A stretch of 64,000 nt of DNA from the human T2T-CHM13v2.0 reference genome, Homo sapiens: the NCBI RefSeq assembly GCF_009914755.1, contig NC_060935.1. The stretch is one strand, 5' to 3'. Positions 52,170 through 64,000 of the stretch are shown here, piece after piece. The notes beneath the pieces were generated by a model, which worked only from the letters and a program-made list of their open reading frames with translations, was not told where the DNA came from and ran no database searches. Within the stretch, counting starts at the first letter, position 1; each line of letters opens with the position of its first letter. A program made the translations under genes and the position numbers.

Positions 52170-53560
52170 TGCTTTTTGCTAAACCCTCAACCAACATCTG
52201 GTTTCCATACCCAATGATGACTCTTAACTCTATCTAACCTGACTCATCTGCAACTGGAACTATTGACTACTTCTTCATCTTTGAAACACATTTTTCCTGT
52301 CATGCTATCACTTGTATCTGGGTCTCAGTTCTTGGACTTTCTTTATTTATCTAGTCTCTGGGCTCTGTTCTTGGTTCTTCCAAATTGTGCTTACAAACAA
52401 ACCCCAAACTCTCCTAATTATTGGTCCAATTTTCTTGCAGTTTCCTGGACTTGTTCACTTAGATGTCTCTTAGAAATTTTAAATTTAATAGTTCCAAAAA
52501 CAAACACATATTTCTTCAAACCTATTCTCTTTTACCTTACCCACCCCAATCCAAATTATTTCTAATTTAGTCCTATTATTATCAAATGCAGTTGGCCCCC
52601 CCTCCCCCACCCTTTGATTCTCTAGTCTGAACCTTTCTTTGAGCTCATAGGACATAATATAAACATGTCCAAACTTAGTTATCAATTTTACCCTTCAAAC
52701 CTCTTCTCCTTGAGGTTGAATTACACAGGTCCAAATCCTCCATTCACAAAGGTAAAATCTAGCACCCATCTTTAAGTATTCTCTTTTCTTTATACGCAAC
52801 ATTCAATCAGTTATTAAGTTTCATCATTATACATTCTAGTTGAAACCATCGTGATTTCTCACCTATCCTGTTGCAATGGACATCTGATTTCCCTCTTCTC
52901 TTCTTGTCACTCTAAATTTTATTCTATCTACAGAAACCAGAAAGATATCTTGAACATATTAATCTTATGATGTAACTCCTCTTCTCAAAGCTTCCGAAGC
53001 TTCCTATCACATTCAGGACAATATACAAAATATATATTTTGTATATTGTCTGATCCCCAATCCTCACCTAGTCTGATCCCCAAATACCAGTCCACATTTT
53101 TCTGTTGTCATTCTCTCCTTTTCTCATTTTACTTTAATCACAATGGAGTTTTTGCTAGTCTCCTAAAATGAAAATCTGTTTCCTGCCTTAAGATCTTTTT
53201 GGTTGTTGCTGTCTTTGCTTGGGATACATACCTCCACCTCCCAGAACTCTGTGTGTCTTATTTTCTCGCTTCATTCTTCCTTCTCTTTAACTTATTCAGA
53301 AGGCTGTTCATGACACTGTATCTAAACATATCTAAAATTAGTCCCAAATCAATTTCACTGTAATACCTCATCTTGCTTCTCTTTTTTTAATGACAATTAA
53401 TACTATGTATTTGTTTATGTTTTATTGGCATTCTCTCTGACTATAGTTGAAGTTCTTTGAGAGCTGAGATTTTAGGTTGTTCTTCATTTTATCCTCAAAG
53501 CATAGAACAGTTTCTGGCACACAGCATATTCTCAATGAATAGTTACTGAATGTGCTAATG
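52170..53560 (+). mobile_element. Long degenerate L2 relic
   Basis: Ends tagaacagtttctggcacacagcatattctcaatgaatagttactgaatg (L2 3' terminus). Confidence 0.6.
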
Positions 53561-56321
53561 AGTAAAGTCAAGATATTAAATTATAGCTAAAGTTCCCCAG
53601 AATTGTCCTCTATTACAATGACTTTTGCTTTGCTTTATGTTTAATAATTATATATGTTAAAACTTTTGTTGCAGTTTGCTTGGAATTTGGCTAAATGGAG
53701 TTTTCTTTTAGGAAGATGTATACACATATATATGTTCATAGCCATTTCAGTGAATGGTAAAGTCTTAATATGGGCCCTATGTGTTCAAAACTTCTGTAGA
53801 CTAGATAGTGAAGAAAGACTTTGTACGTGGTGTAAGCTTGATGCGTGGGGATAAATTTCATGCTAATGAGATTCATGTAAATGAATTTCTGTAAATTCAA
53901 TGAATTTACTTTGTAGAAACAGCAATGTACAAGAACAATTTGAGTGGTGAGGGAGCTTGGTTTATGCAGAAGATTAATGCTGAGGAGAAGCATAAGGTTA
54001 AATTGAAAAGGTAAGAAGAGCAAGCTGAAGATACTATGAGGAATTGCCAGTAGTGTATTTTTCAACAAAAATGGGGAGGTATTGAATATTTTTTAGTTGG
54101 TCAGATGTATTGGTTTCTCATTCTTCTATTAATTAAGATGTATAGATATATGATATTCAATTGTATAGCAATTGTGAAAATTAAAATGAGGATACAAAAT
54201 CAAAACATTAAAAAACAGTTTTACCTATATCTGATTAAAAATGGGTAAATTGAGGACCAGGAAAAATTAAACATGATTGCATTTTCAGAGTGGGAAGTAG
54301 AAAAATTTGTTGCATTTAATAGAAAACTGGGAAGAAAGAAACTATTACAAATGGATTTATTTGATATAAAAGAAAGTGAGTTTGGATATGTTAAGGTTGA
54401 GGTGATCCCAGGTATGAAAGTGGAGCTATCTAGTTGTCATTTGTAGACTCACAACCAGAACTCAAGGAAGACTAATACTCCAGAATTGAAAGTGTAATGA
54501 TGGGATGGTTGAATTCTCCAAAGAAGAGAACAAAAGTAGACAGAACTCAAGGACCACAGATTGACCTTAGGGAATACCCTCAGTTAGGAGATGGGAGACT
54601 GCCTCAAGTAGCCCCAAACCTTATCTTTGTGCCTGCCGTTATCTCTTGCTGGAATGCCTTCCCTATATAAGCAACTCAAACACTCCCATTATTCTTGTAC
54701 TCAAGGCTATCTCCTCTATGAGTTCCTTTAATAGATCACTTGAGAGTTGAAATTCTATACCTGATTCCATCTTTTCAGACTGACAGGCAAATATTTTTCA
54801 GCTAAAGAATAATGGAGGCTATAATAAGGCATAGTATGAAGAGCACAAGGAGTAGGCTGGCAGTCATGGGTTCACATCAGCTCAATAACAAGCTGGGCAT
54901 ACAGGCTCAAATTATTTCACCTGTCTGAGTCTCAGCTTTCACAAGTGTAAAAATTAGCATATTTTTATTTTACAAGGCTATTGTACAATGAAATAAGATA
55001 TAATATGAAATAGCACACAGTACTTTGAAGGAACTTGATAAATATGTTTTCTTCTTTAACCAGCCACCAGATATATCTCTATGCCTACCAACTAATGGAA
55101 ATATTTGATCTACAAAATGCCTTGTGGGAGGTGGGGAAGGGAAGGAGTTGGGACATAGAAGGTGAGACCAAAAATGTGTGTCCAGGTGATTGAGAAAAGG
55201 TAGAAAACTTATTTTAGCCAAAGGGCTAGAGAAAAGGATATTCCTATCTTTTTCTTGTTTAATTTCTTTCCTTGTTACCAAAGGAATGCTGCTTGGGAGA
55301 AGAGAGTTGTTAACTCACAGAATTATGCCTGAGGCATACTTTTCTCTCATATTAAGTGTTATGTTCTGAAGGAAATATGATTTGCATGCACCAGATACGG
55401 TGCAGCAAGACCACTTCTAAGCAGGACTAATGTAAATAAAAGGAACATTTCTTGAGACAGAATTTTGAAAATAAAACTGCTTAGTTTACCTTACCATTCA
55501 GAGAATTTATAACAATTAATCAAAAACATTTCAATCAAATTTAAGTAGTAACAAATGAGGCCACTAACATCACATGCAAATTAAAAAAATCCACTGTAAT
55601 CACAGCACTTAAAAATATCAATTCATTATGCGAAGGGAGTGTTTTAGATGCAATTCATCAAAATCATCCAGACATAGTCTTTAATAGCTCCACAAATATA
55701 CTTCAATTATTACGGAGCCAAACCATTTAATTAATCACTACAAAGCATTTCTTCCCTCAAAATAAAACACTTTAAAATATATCATTCATAACATTACAAC
55801 CTGCCAGATCTAAATCTTCTTAGCATTTACCTTCTACATCTCCAGTGAGAGACATTAATATATTTAAAAAGTATATTACTAGGCACTAGTGGAGCACTTG
55901 GAAAGTTGACTTATTCTCTTGGAAAATGAACTACTATTGAGTGTTGATTCACATTAAGGGAGGAGCTAAGACTTCACCAGAGACTAGAGAAGTGAATCTT
56001 TGCTGGTCACCCAGCACATATTTATCAGATAACTTGCTAAAAACAAGCACCAAATTAGTTGCTGAGGGTGGAGGCAAAGAAAGCAATGCCTGCAAGAAAT
56101 TTACAGTCAAGCACAGGGGAAAAACATGCAAATCAATGGTACAATATAACCTGATGAGTTTTATAGGAGATCTAGAGAATCTAATGGAAATAACAGTTGA
56201 TAAAATAAGTGAAACACTTGGGTTAGGAATTGGAGAGTAAGAAGGCATTTTCTAGGTAATAGAAAGGGAGATAAATTCAGGCATTAGTAGAGGCAGGAAG
56301 AATACCAAAGAAATGGCCAGG

Positions 56322-56660
56322 AGGCCTGGCACAGTTGCTCATGCCTGTAATCCCAGCAATTTGGGAGACCAGGGAGGGTGGATTTCTTGAGCTCAGGGGT
56401 TCAAGACCAAGTGGGGGCAACATGGTAATACCTGGTCTCTACAAAAAATACAAAAATTAGCCAGGTGTGGTGGCATGCACCTGTGGTTCCATTTACTTGG
56501 GAGGATCACTTTAGCCCAGGCCATGGACGTTGCTTATGCCACTGCACTCCAGCCTGGGTGACAGAGCCACACCTTGTCTCAAAGAAAAAAAAAAAAAACC
56601 CAAACAAAACGAAACAAACCAAACCCCAACCCCCCAGAGAACAAACAACAACAACAAAAG
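56322..56660 (+). mobile_element. AluJ-like with internal deletion and degenerate A-rich tail
   Basis: ggcctggcacagttgctcatgcctgtaatcccagc...gcactccagcctgggtgacagag. Decayed TSD aaagaaatg(g/t)cca. Confidence 0.88.
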
Positions 56661-57999
56661 AAATGTCCAAGGATTGTTGAAATTGGGAACTATATGCAGT
56701 TTGGCACCGTGTTATAGTATGTGTTTGGAGGCTATATAGTATGGTATACATTTTATATAGCCATACTATATGGCTATATAGTATGTGTTTGGAGGTATAG
56801 TATGGCACTGGTGGTGGGGGCTCTAGGGGCTTGATGTAGCAGACTGGTGGCTGGATCCAAGGTTGGGAAGGCCAAGTCATCAAGGGCCAGGTCACTAAGG
56901 CTCTGTGAGCCATGTGAAAGAGTTTTAGATTTTTATATTCTAAGGCATGTATACCCGCTGAACTCAATTTGAGTATTGAATAATGTGATTACATTTTCAC
57001 TTTAGGAAGATTACGCTGGTAGCTGCTGGGACAGGGTGGTGGATCAACAAGAGAGATTTAGAAAATTATGTCAGCAGTTCAGACAATAGGTTATGAAGAC
57101 CTCATCCATGAAGATATCAGTGAAAATGCAAAAGATAAGGTAAAATTAGTAGGAGAAATGACTGGTTGGATGTGAAGGGTCAGAGCAAGTAAAATGTTAA
57201 GGATGACACAGGTTTGGGCAATTAGTTGAAGTTACAGCTTTTATCCAGAGAAGAAATAGAAGAAGAAGAAGAAACTTCAATCAAGGTCTGGAGAAGTGAT
57301 GATAAAATCATCACTTAATTTCTTGGTCAAAATAGTATTTTCTTCTAATGATCTGATTTAAATATTAAAATTATCCAGATTGTCAAGTACACTTAATTCT
57401 AAAAATTGACTTAAGTATTTCTACTAGGTAGGTGCTTAAGAAATAGCTGATGAAATTGAACTGTACCTGACCACTTTCTAAAATACATGTTCCACAACAA
57501 CTTTAGAAGTAGTTTTCATTTGAAGAAAGGAAATAAAAATAAAACTGATAAAATGAAACCGTGTACTTCATCTGAATCTGTCTTTAGGACACACATCCAA
57601 CTCCGTGTACCAATTTAGTTCAAGTCAGCCCTGCTTGCATTATGCAGACATTTCAGCTAAGAAACTTAAATGTGCTTCTTGTGTACATTTGCTTTCATGA
57701 CCAAACCATATTGTCTTCAGACGTTGACTGGATTATAATACAGATGAGTACTTCAGACAGTGGCTTTATATCTTCTGAAAGAGAAACTGATAAGGGAGTG
57801 GGGGGGATAAAAAAAGAAAACAGGGAAATGGACAGTCATTTATTCAGTTTATCAAGAGGCTTAAATAGGAAGATTCCTAACTGAAATCAAGTTGTAATGA
57901 TGATAATTTCCCAAATGTCTTTCTCAATACTGACATTTCATTGATTCCTACAAATTCTTTACCAGTCTTTCAAATACAATCTTAGTGTTTATAATTTCT

Positions 58000-58370
58000 G
58001 GTAGCTAAGCTAATGGACTCTAGAGACAAACTGCTTAGATTTGAATTTAAAGTCCAATCCTTTCCAGCTGTTTGTCCTTGGGCAATTTATTTAACCTCAC
58101 ATGTCTCAACTTCCTTACTTATAAAATGGGGATACTAATGTTACCTGTCTCATGGGGTTGTTTTAATGGTTCAGTGAATATCTATGTGGTATTGACAGTA
58201 GTACCTGCTACTGTCAGTCTCAATTTCACATGTCTCAATTTCCTTATTTATAAAATGGGAATAGTAATGTTACCTGTCTCATGGGGTTGTTTTAGTGGTT
58301 CAGTGAATGTCTATGTGGTACTGACAGTAGTACCTGCTACATCATAAATGCTCATTGAAGTTAGTTATCA
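58000..58370 (+). mobile_element. MIR with an internal 115-bp tandem duplication
   Basis: MIR core (ccttgggcaatttatttaacctc...aaaatggggatactaat). Copies at 58097-58211 and 58226-58340. Confidence 0.85.
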
Positions 58371-59174
58371 TTAGCCCCTATCATCCCCTTTCCACATCCT
58401 ACACTCCACTTTCCCTTCTGTGGGTTCTGCCTATTTAGACTTCAGCTGGAGTGTCCAAGAACTTGACTTTAAATCCTGTGATAGTTGCAAAAACAGTCTG
58501 ACTTCATTCTTGGTCTCTTTTCTCATCTACCTCCCACCAGCAGACCTCAACCTCTTCATACTTGCATTGAGCACTTACTTAGGTATAAAATGTTGCAGAC
58601 TCTGACATATTAATTTTCCCTGATAGTAAAAGGCTACGTGCCCCTTCACAATTCTTTTTTCCCCCTCCAGAAATGGGATGAGTAAGCATGTGACAAGGCA
58701 GATTCGATTCTTATTCACAAGGTCAAGCTTTAGAGAAATTGATACATTTTAGTAGATTTTAGAGCTAAAATTCTTAACCTCAACAGTTGAATTCAAACCT
58801 TAGTTTAGCCGCTCACTGCCTTGGGCAAGCTTCTTTCCCTCTCCACACTTCAGTGTCCTCATCAGTATAGGGGTCTAATAAACTTTTCTTACAGGGTTAT
58901 TGTAAGAAGTGAATTAGATTAAACAGAGAGTACACATGGGCACATGGTACATCACCAATCAATGGAAGATCATGGTAGTTTGACTCTGAAGAATTAACAC
59001 TGGAAGCAGAACTCATTGAATTGTAAAGGTATTTTCACTGTCAAAAGTGACTGGTAGGAAGATATTTAGGCAAGCCTTCTTCTATGGTGTGTGAGGTGTA
59101 TGTTTTTAAAATCTAGCATCAACATTCTAGGAAACAGCTACAGCTCATTTTTTCCAACTTTTAAATGTCACATC

Positions 59175-59465
59175 TTTTTTTTTTTTTGAGTCAGGATCTT
59201 TGTTGCCCAGGCTGGAGTGCAGTGGCATGACCATAGCTCACTGTTGCCTCAAACTCCTGGGCTCAAGTGATTCTCCCACCTCAGCCTCCTGAGTAACTGG
59301 TATGATAGCTGTCTGTCACCACATCTAGCTATTTTGTTTAATTTTTTTGTAGCGATGGGGTCTTGCTATGTCATCCAGGCTGGTCTTGAACTCCTGGCCT
59401 CAAGTGATTCTTTCCCACTGGCCTCCCAACATTCTAGGATTATAAGCATAAGCCATCGTGGCTGG
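59175..59465 (-). mobile_element. AluJ
   Basis: tgttgcccaggctggagtgcagtggcatgaccatagctcactg...ctcctgggctcaagtgattctcccacctcagcc. Confidence 0.92.
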
Positions 59466-61132
59466 ACTGTTATATCATTTTTATGGTTATGGAAATGTGA
59501 TATCAATGATAATCAGCAAACCAAGAGATGAAATTTAGAAATTTGTATTAGGAATCTTCTTCAGCTGGTCCATCTGGGAATCAGCACCTCTACTCTTACC
59601 ACTGCTTCTGCAAAAGTTTGTCTCTGCTGCTTACATTGAGCTCTCTGTGCAAACCCACAGTGGTAGTCTTTGATTATTGCTACACAAGCTGAGTGCATCT
59701 TGGGCAGAAAGGCTTTCTCACTGGAGTTGCCCAAAGAACTTCGCCTGCCACCTACTGGCCAGGAAAGGGACCTGGTCGACTGACTGCTGGGGACCAGGTT
59801 AGGGGTTGAGGGGAGAAGAAAAGGAGGAGGAAAAACAGTCCATAGACTGTTGACACACAAGGTCTGATTCTTCTCTAGCATTACTGAGGATGGTCAGAAA
59901 TGCCCCAGAGTTTAAAAGCTGTCTGCTCCTCTCAGCCCATAACTCGTAGTCTGTCTGGCACTATTCTCCCTGGAGATACAGTCACAGAGCAGTGTCTGTA
60001 CAGTGAATGCAATTAAACAAAAGCCTCTAAAAATTTCCAAGGGGAAATTAGATAACATGTGCTTTGATGTAGGGATTTGGAGTTTGAAGGTGAAAAAGAC
60101 AGCCAAGACATCAGAAGTCTGCAACTGCTTAGCTCCAGTTCATCACATTAGCATTCTGCTAACATGTCTTTTTTTGTTGTTTTTTAAAGTTTTTCACTAA
60201 AGTCAATTTGCTCAGTTTTTCTCAAGTACCATCGGACATTTTAAACATTCTTTAGATTAAGACAAGTCCTGAAGTTGGACTTCTGTTGTGAGTGAATGAT
60301 GAAATCAATTTTTCTTGTGTTTTTATTAGTTAATCAATCAAAGGGAAAAGTGCTTGCTAGTCCATTTGGGCTAGAACATTTGGTTCTCATTTTGCTATGC
60401 TGGCAGGCCGTAGCTCTGTGCATGGATGAGAAAAGTCTACTTTTGTCCTGGTCCATTCTCCAGCAATAAGCCGTACACTCAGCTGTATCCAGTGGCTAGA
60501 TAGTTCCTGAGAGATGTGTCCACAGTTCACTCAGAGTTCCTGTTCCCCCTCATTTTCCTCTGATGTTCCTTCTGTGCCTTTTCTGCATTGTCATAATGTG
60601 TCTGCCTGAGTCAGAGCACAATGTCTGGTGTGCCTGACTCTCACTAATGGGCCAAGTGTGGTCCTGCTCTCTTTAGCTTCTAATCAAGACTCCAGTGGGA
60701 TCCAGAGTAAAAGTGAACAGGCCACAGCATAGGGGAAAATTAAGATGGATGGTATAGCACAGCAGGAGCTTGTTTATCCCTGAGGAATATAAGTAGGGGG
60801 AATTGGTAGAACTTGCTCTCATTTTCACACCTTGTATTACCACGACAGTGATTTACTGAGTATCTACTCAGAGCCAACCTAGGGATGAATATATTCTTGT
60901 CCTCAATGATCTCTGGTAGAACATGCATGTTGGGGGGAAAAATACAGTGACTTTCTGTGTGATACGTATGACCAAAGTAAAACCTTGTAAGATGTCATAA
61001 AACCTCACAGGAGTTTTGGGTAGGGAAGACCAAAATCTCCTCTCCTTTTGCCTAATCCAAGATAGTCTACCTTTTAAGGAGTGTTGTGGTTAGGAAAGGA
61101 TCATTCATCTGGGATCCAGATCTTATGAAGGG

Positions 61133-61600
61133 TGTATTAGTTTTCTATTGCTGCTTTAAAAGTTGACCACAAATTTAGTGGCTTTAAAGCAAAAGAAATT
61201 TAATATCTTACAGTTCTGGAGATCAGAAGGCTGAAATGGCTTCCACTGAGTTAAAATCATGGTGTCAGTAGGGCTACATTCCTTTCTGGAGGCTGTAGGG
61301 GACAATCCATTTCCTTGTATTTTTCGGCTTCTAGAGGCTGCTTGCATTCCTTGGCTTCTATACCCTTCCTCCACATTCAAAGCCAGCAGAATAGCACTTT
61401 CAAATGTCTCTCCGACTCTGGCACCCCGCTTCCCTCTTGTAATATCTTTGTGATCACATTGGGCCCACTGGATAATCCAGGATCATCTTTCCTTAACATA
61501 ATTGCACCTGCAAGTCCCTTTTGCCATGTAAGATAACATAGTCACAGGTTCCAGGGAATAGCATGTGACCATGTTTGGGGGCCATCATCTGGCTACTAAA
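61133..61600 (-). mobile_element. MLT1 (C/D-like) LTR
   Basis: tgtattagttttctattgctgc...ttacagttctggag...aagtcccttttgccatgtaagataacatagtcacaggttccaggga...ttgggggccat. Confidence 0.85.
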
Positions 61601-62347
61601 GAGGACTTCCAGGTTGATATTATTCTATCCTATTACTTCCCTTGTTTTATTCATGCTATTGAAGATGTAATAAGATTTTTTTGTTTAATTTAGCTTTTGT
61701 TTTTACAGCAATTCTACATGATGATGCTGAGATACTAGCCAACTTATATCCCAAGTTCTTTTCTAATTCCCTGTTAATTAACTATGTTCCTGCATCTGGC
61801 ACTGATGCAGTTGTTTGTTTGGACCTGAATGTAGGGGAAGGGCAAATAATCTTTTGGATTGGACATTGGCTCCTAGTGAGGTGAAAAAGTGTTCCCCTCA
61901 ACCAGAAGTGGAGAAGGTGGATGAAGACTTTTCACATAATCTCTGAGACTGCTATGGAATTTACCAGATGGGCAGAGTGGAGAGTATGCTTAATAACCAA
62001 TAGCAAGCCTCTTATAATGGCAGTGTTATTATCTTACCCTCAGGTGGGCCAGCAATGTCCTAGAGTTTAATGAATCTGCAAAACAAAAGTTTGAATATGG
62101 AGCAAACAGGAAGGAGGGAACAATTACCCACTTGACATATCCTCTTGAAAGCTTACCAGTCATGGTACTGTGGAAAGAACATGCTGTTTGGACTCAGACA
62201 ACCTTGGATGTCAGGACCATTTGTGTCCCTTACCAGCTATGTAATCTTAGATCACTTAACCTCCCTCAGCTTCAAGTTTCTCACTTTTAAAACAGAGTTA
62301 ATAATATCTGACTCATATCACTGGTGTGAGCTTAGAATATGTAAGTC

Positions 62348-62478
62348 CATTGTTCTCAAAGTGAATCTATGTTGTGATTCCTAACCCAGGAATGTCATCA
62401 TTACTTGGAAGTTCCTTAGCAAAGCAATCTCTCTGGCCCTACTCCAGACAAACTGAATCAGAAACTCTGGGTTGGGAA
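62348..62478. mobile_element. MER5A-like hAT-Charlie DNA transposon fragment
   Basis: cattgttctcaaagtg...ggccctactccagacaaactgaatcagaaactctggg. Confidence 0.65.
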
Positions 62479-63329
62479 GTCTTACCCCATAAAATAGTAG
62501 TACGCAAAACACATGGAAAAGAGTCTCACGCGACTGGACTGGGACTTACTTAACAAATGCTGATTGTAATTATTCTTTTCACTGGGAGCCTCATTATATT
62601 CACCATGCTTTTTGCTTTTCAGTTACTGTTTGTTTTGGAAGAACATGGCCAATGACAGATTTATGTTTGTTTACCAAGTTGTGGTCTCTCTTTTTTCTCA
62701 AACTAAAAAGTCACATAAATAAATGAAAGAAACAGCATTATTAGTTTGTATTTCTGGCTGTGCCGTTTTAACTCAGCAGAGGGGGAGTCACGCACTCTGG
62801 CAACTTCTTTATCCAGAATGTGCTGTCGTGATGCCACAGAGCAAGGCTAGGCACAAAGCTTATGCACCTGAGAGATGCTGTGACTATTTTCTTCAGTTGC
62901 TTTTTTAAATTTTTTGACTAAATATACATGAAAAACATAAGCGCACACATACCTCACCAAATACAGCTTCATATTATATGATGCATAAAATTTATTGCAG
63001 TGATTTATCATTTAGTTTCTATGTAATTAAGTAAAGATGGATCCACATGTTCTGGGCCAAGTTAAAACTCATATTTTTTATGAAGAATCATAAATGCACT
63101 GCCAAACCACAACAGGAATGAGGGAAATGGCTAAAACTCACAAACCGCCTTTAAACCCTGAGGAAAGTTTGACTTCTAGAAAAGCAGTTAAGCAGAAACT
63201 TATTAACTTGCCACCGAAGGATGTAATGAAAATTTGGAGGGCCATGGATCCCCAGGATAGAGCAATGATTTCCTAGTAGTTCAGGCAGGATTCCTGAAGT
63301 CAAATATTTCCATGTCAGTAGCATTCTAA

Positions 63330-63761
<432 letters not shown>

Positions 63762-64000
63762 CTGTGGGATACATCCTGTATTATGTTCACAGTGGACCTT
63801 TGAGCACAATACAGAGTGAAATGAATATTTTTGTCCTTATTTTCTAGAGGCTCTGAGAATTTAAGTGCTTAGTCTAGGGTCCTGGCTTATAAATGTCAAA
63901 GTCAGGATTAGAATGCATGTCTTCGCTGACAAGGCTCACTTCCCTATACCACACTACTTCTGTCAAATTATGACATGAGAGACACCGACGGCTACCTTGT

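Noticed and set aside
58072-58347. 91-aa ORF with an internal 43-aa repeat
   Set aside because: It is explained by the 129-nt-period duplication of a MIR fragment and has a non-ATG start.
59561-59600. REST/NRSE-like half site tcagcacc
   Set aside because: The second half site (ggacag) is missing at the proper spacing.

Overview
This is primate, almost certainly human, genomic DNA covering the 3' end of GRM5 (metabotropic glutamate receptor 5) on the minus strand. It contains the 96-nt mGlu5b cassette exon (32450-32545), a ~15.8 kb intron, and the terminal coding exon (15739-16651) inside a CpG island. A ~4 kb 3'UTR follows, with a probable ATTAAA poly(A) signal at 11738-11743, then ~11.7 kb of downstream intergenic DNA. 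The rest of the window (32546-64000) is a long intron; the upstream 7TM exon lies outside it. Non-coding DNA is dominated by Alu, L1, L2, MIR, MaLR LTR and MER5 relics. All other ORFs in the supplied track look like repeat-derived ORFs, chance ORFs or GC-rich shadows. I found no new gene system or foreign insert. The most interesting observations are: (1) an in-frame 7-nt microhomology between the cassette exon and the last exon that predicts an 810-nt non-GT/AG deletion, matching my recollection of the mGlu5d isoform and suggesting a template-switch origin; (2) a cluster of RBFOX TGCATG motifs downstream of the 5b exon, plus an SRRM4-type UGC at its acceptor; (3) four separate local duplications with fold-back (palindromic) templated junctions that resemble polymerase-theta repair scars; (4) two strong intronic CTCF-like motifs; (5) candidate alternative polyadenylation architecture in the 3'UTR. 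Repeat subfamily calls and most repeat boundaries were made by eye and are approximate.
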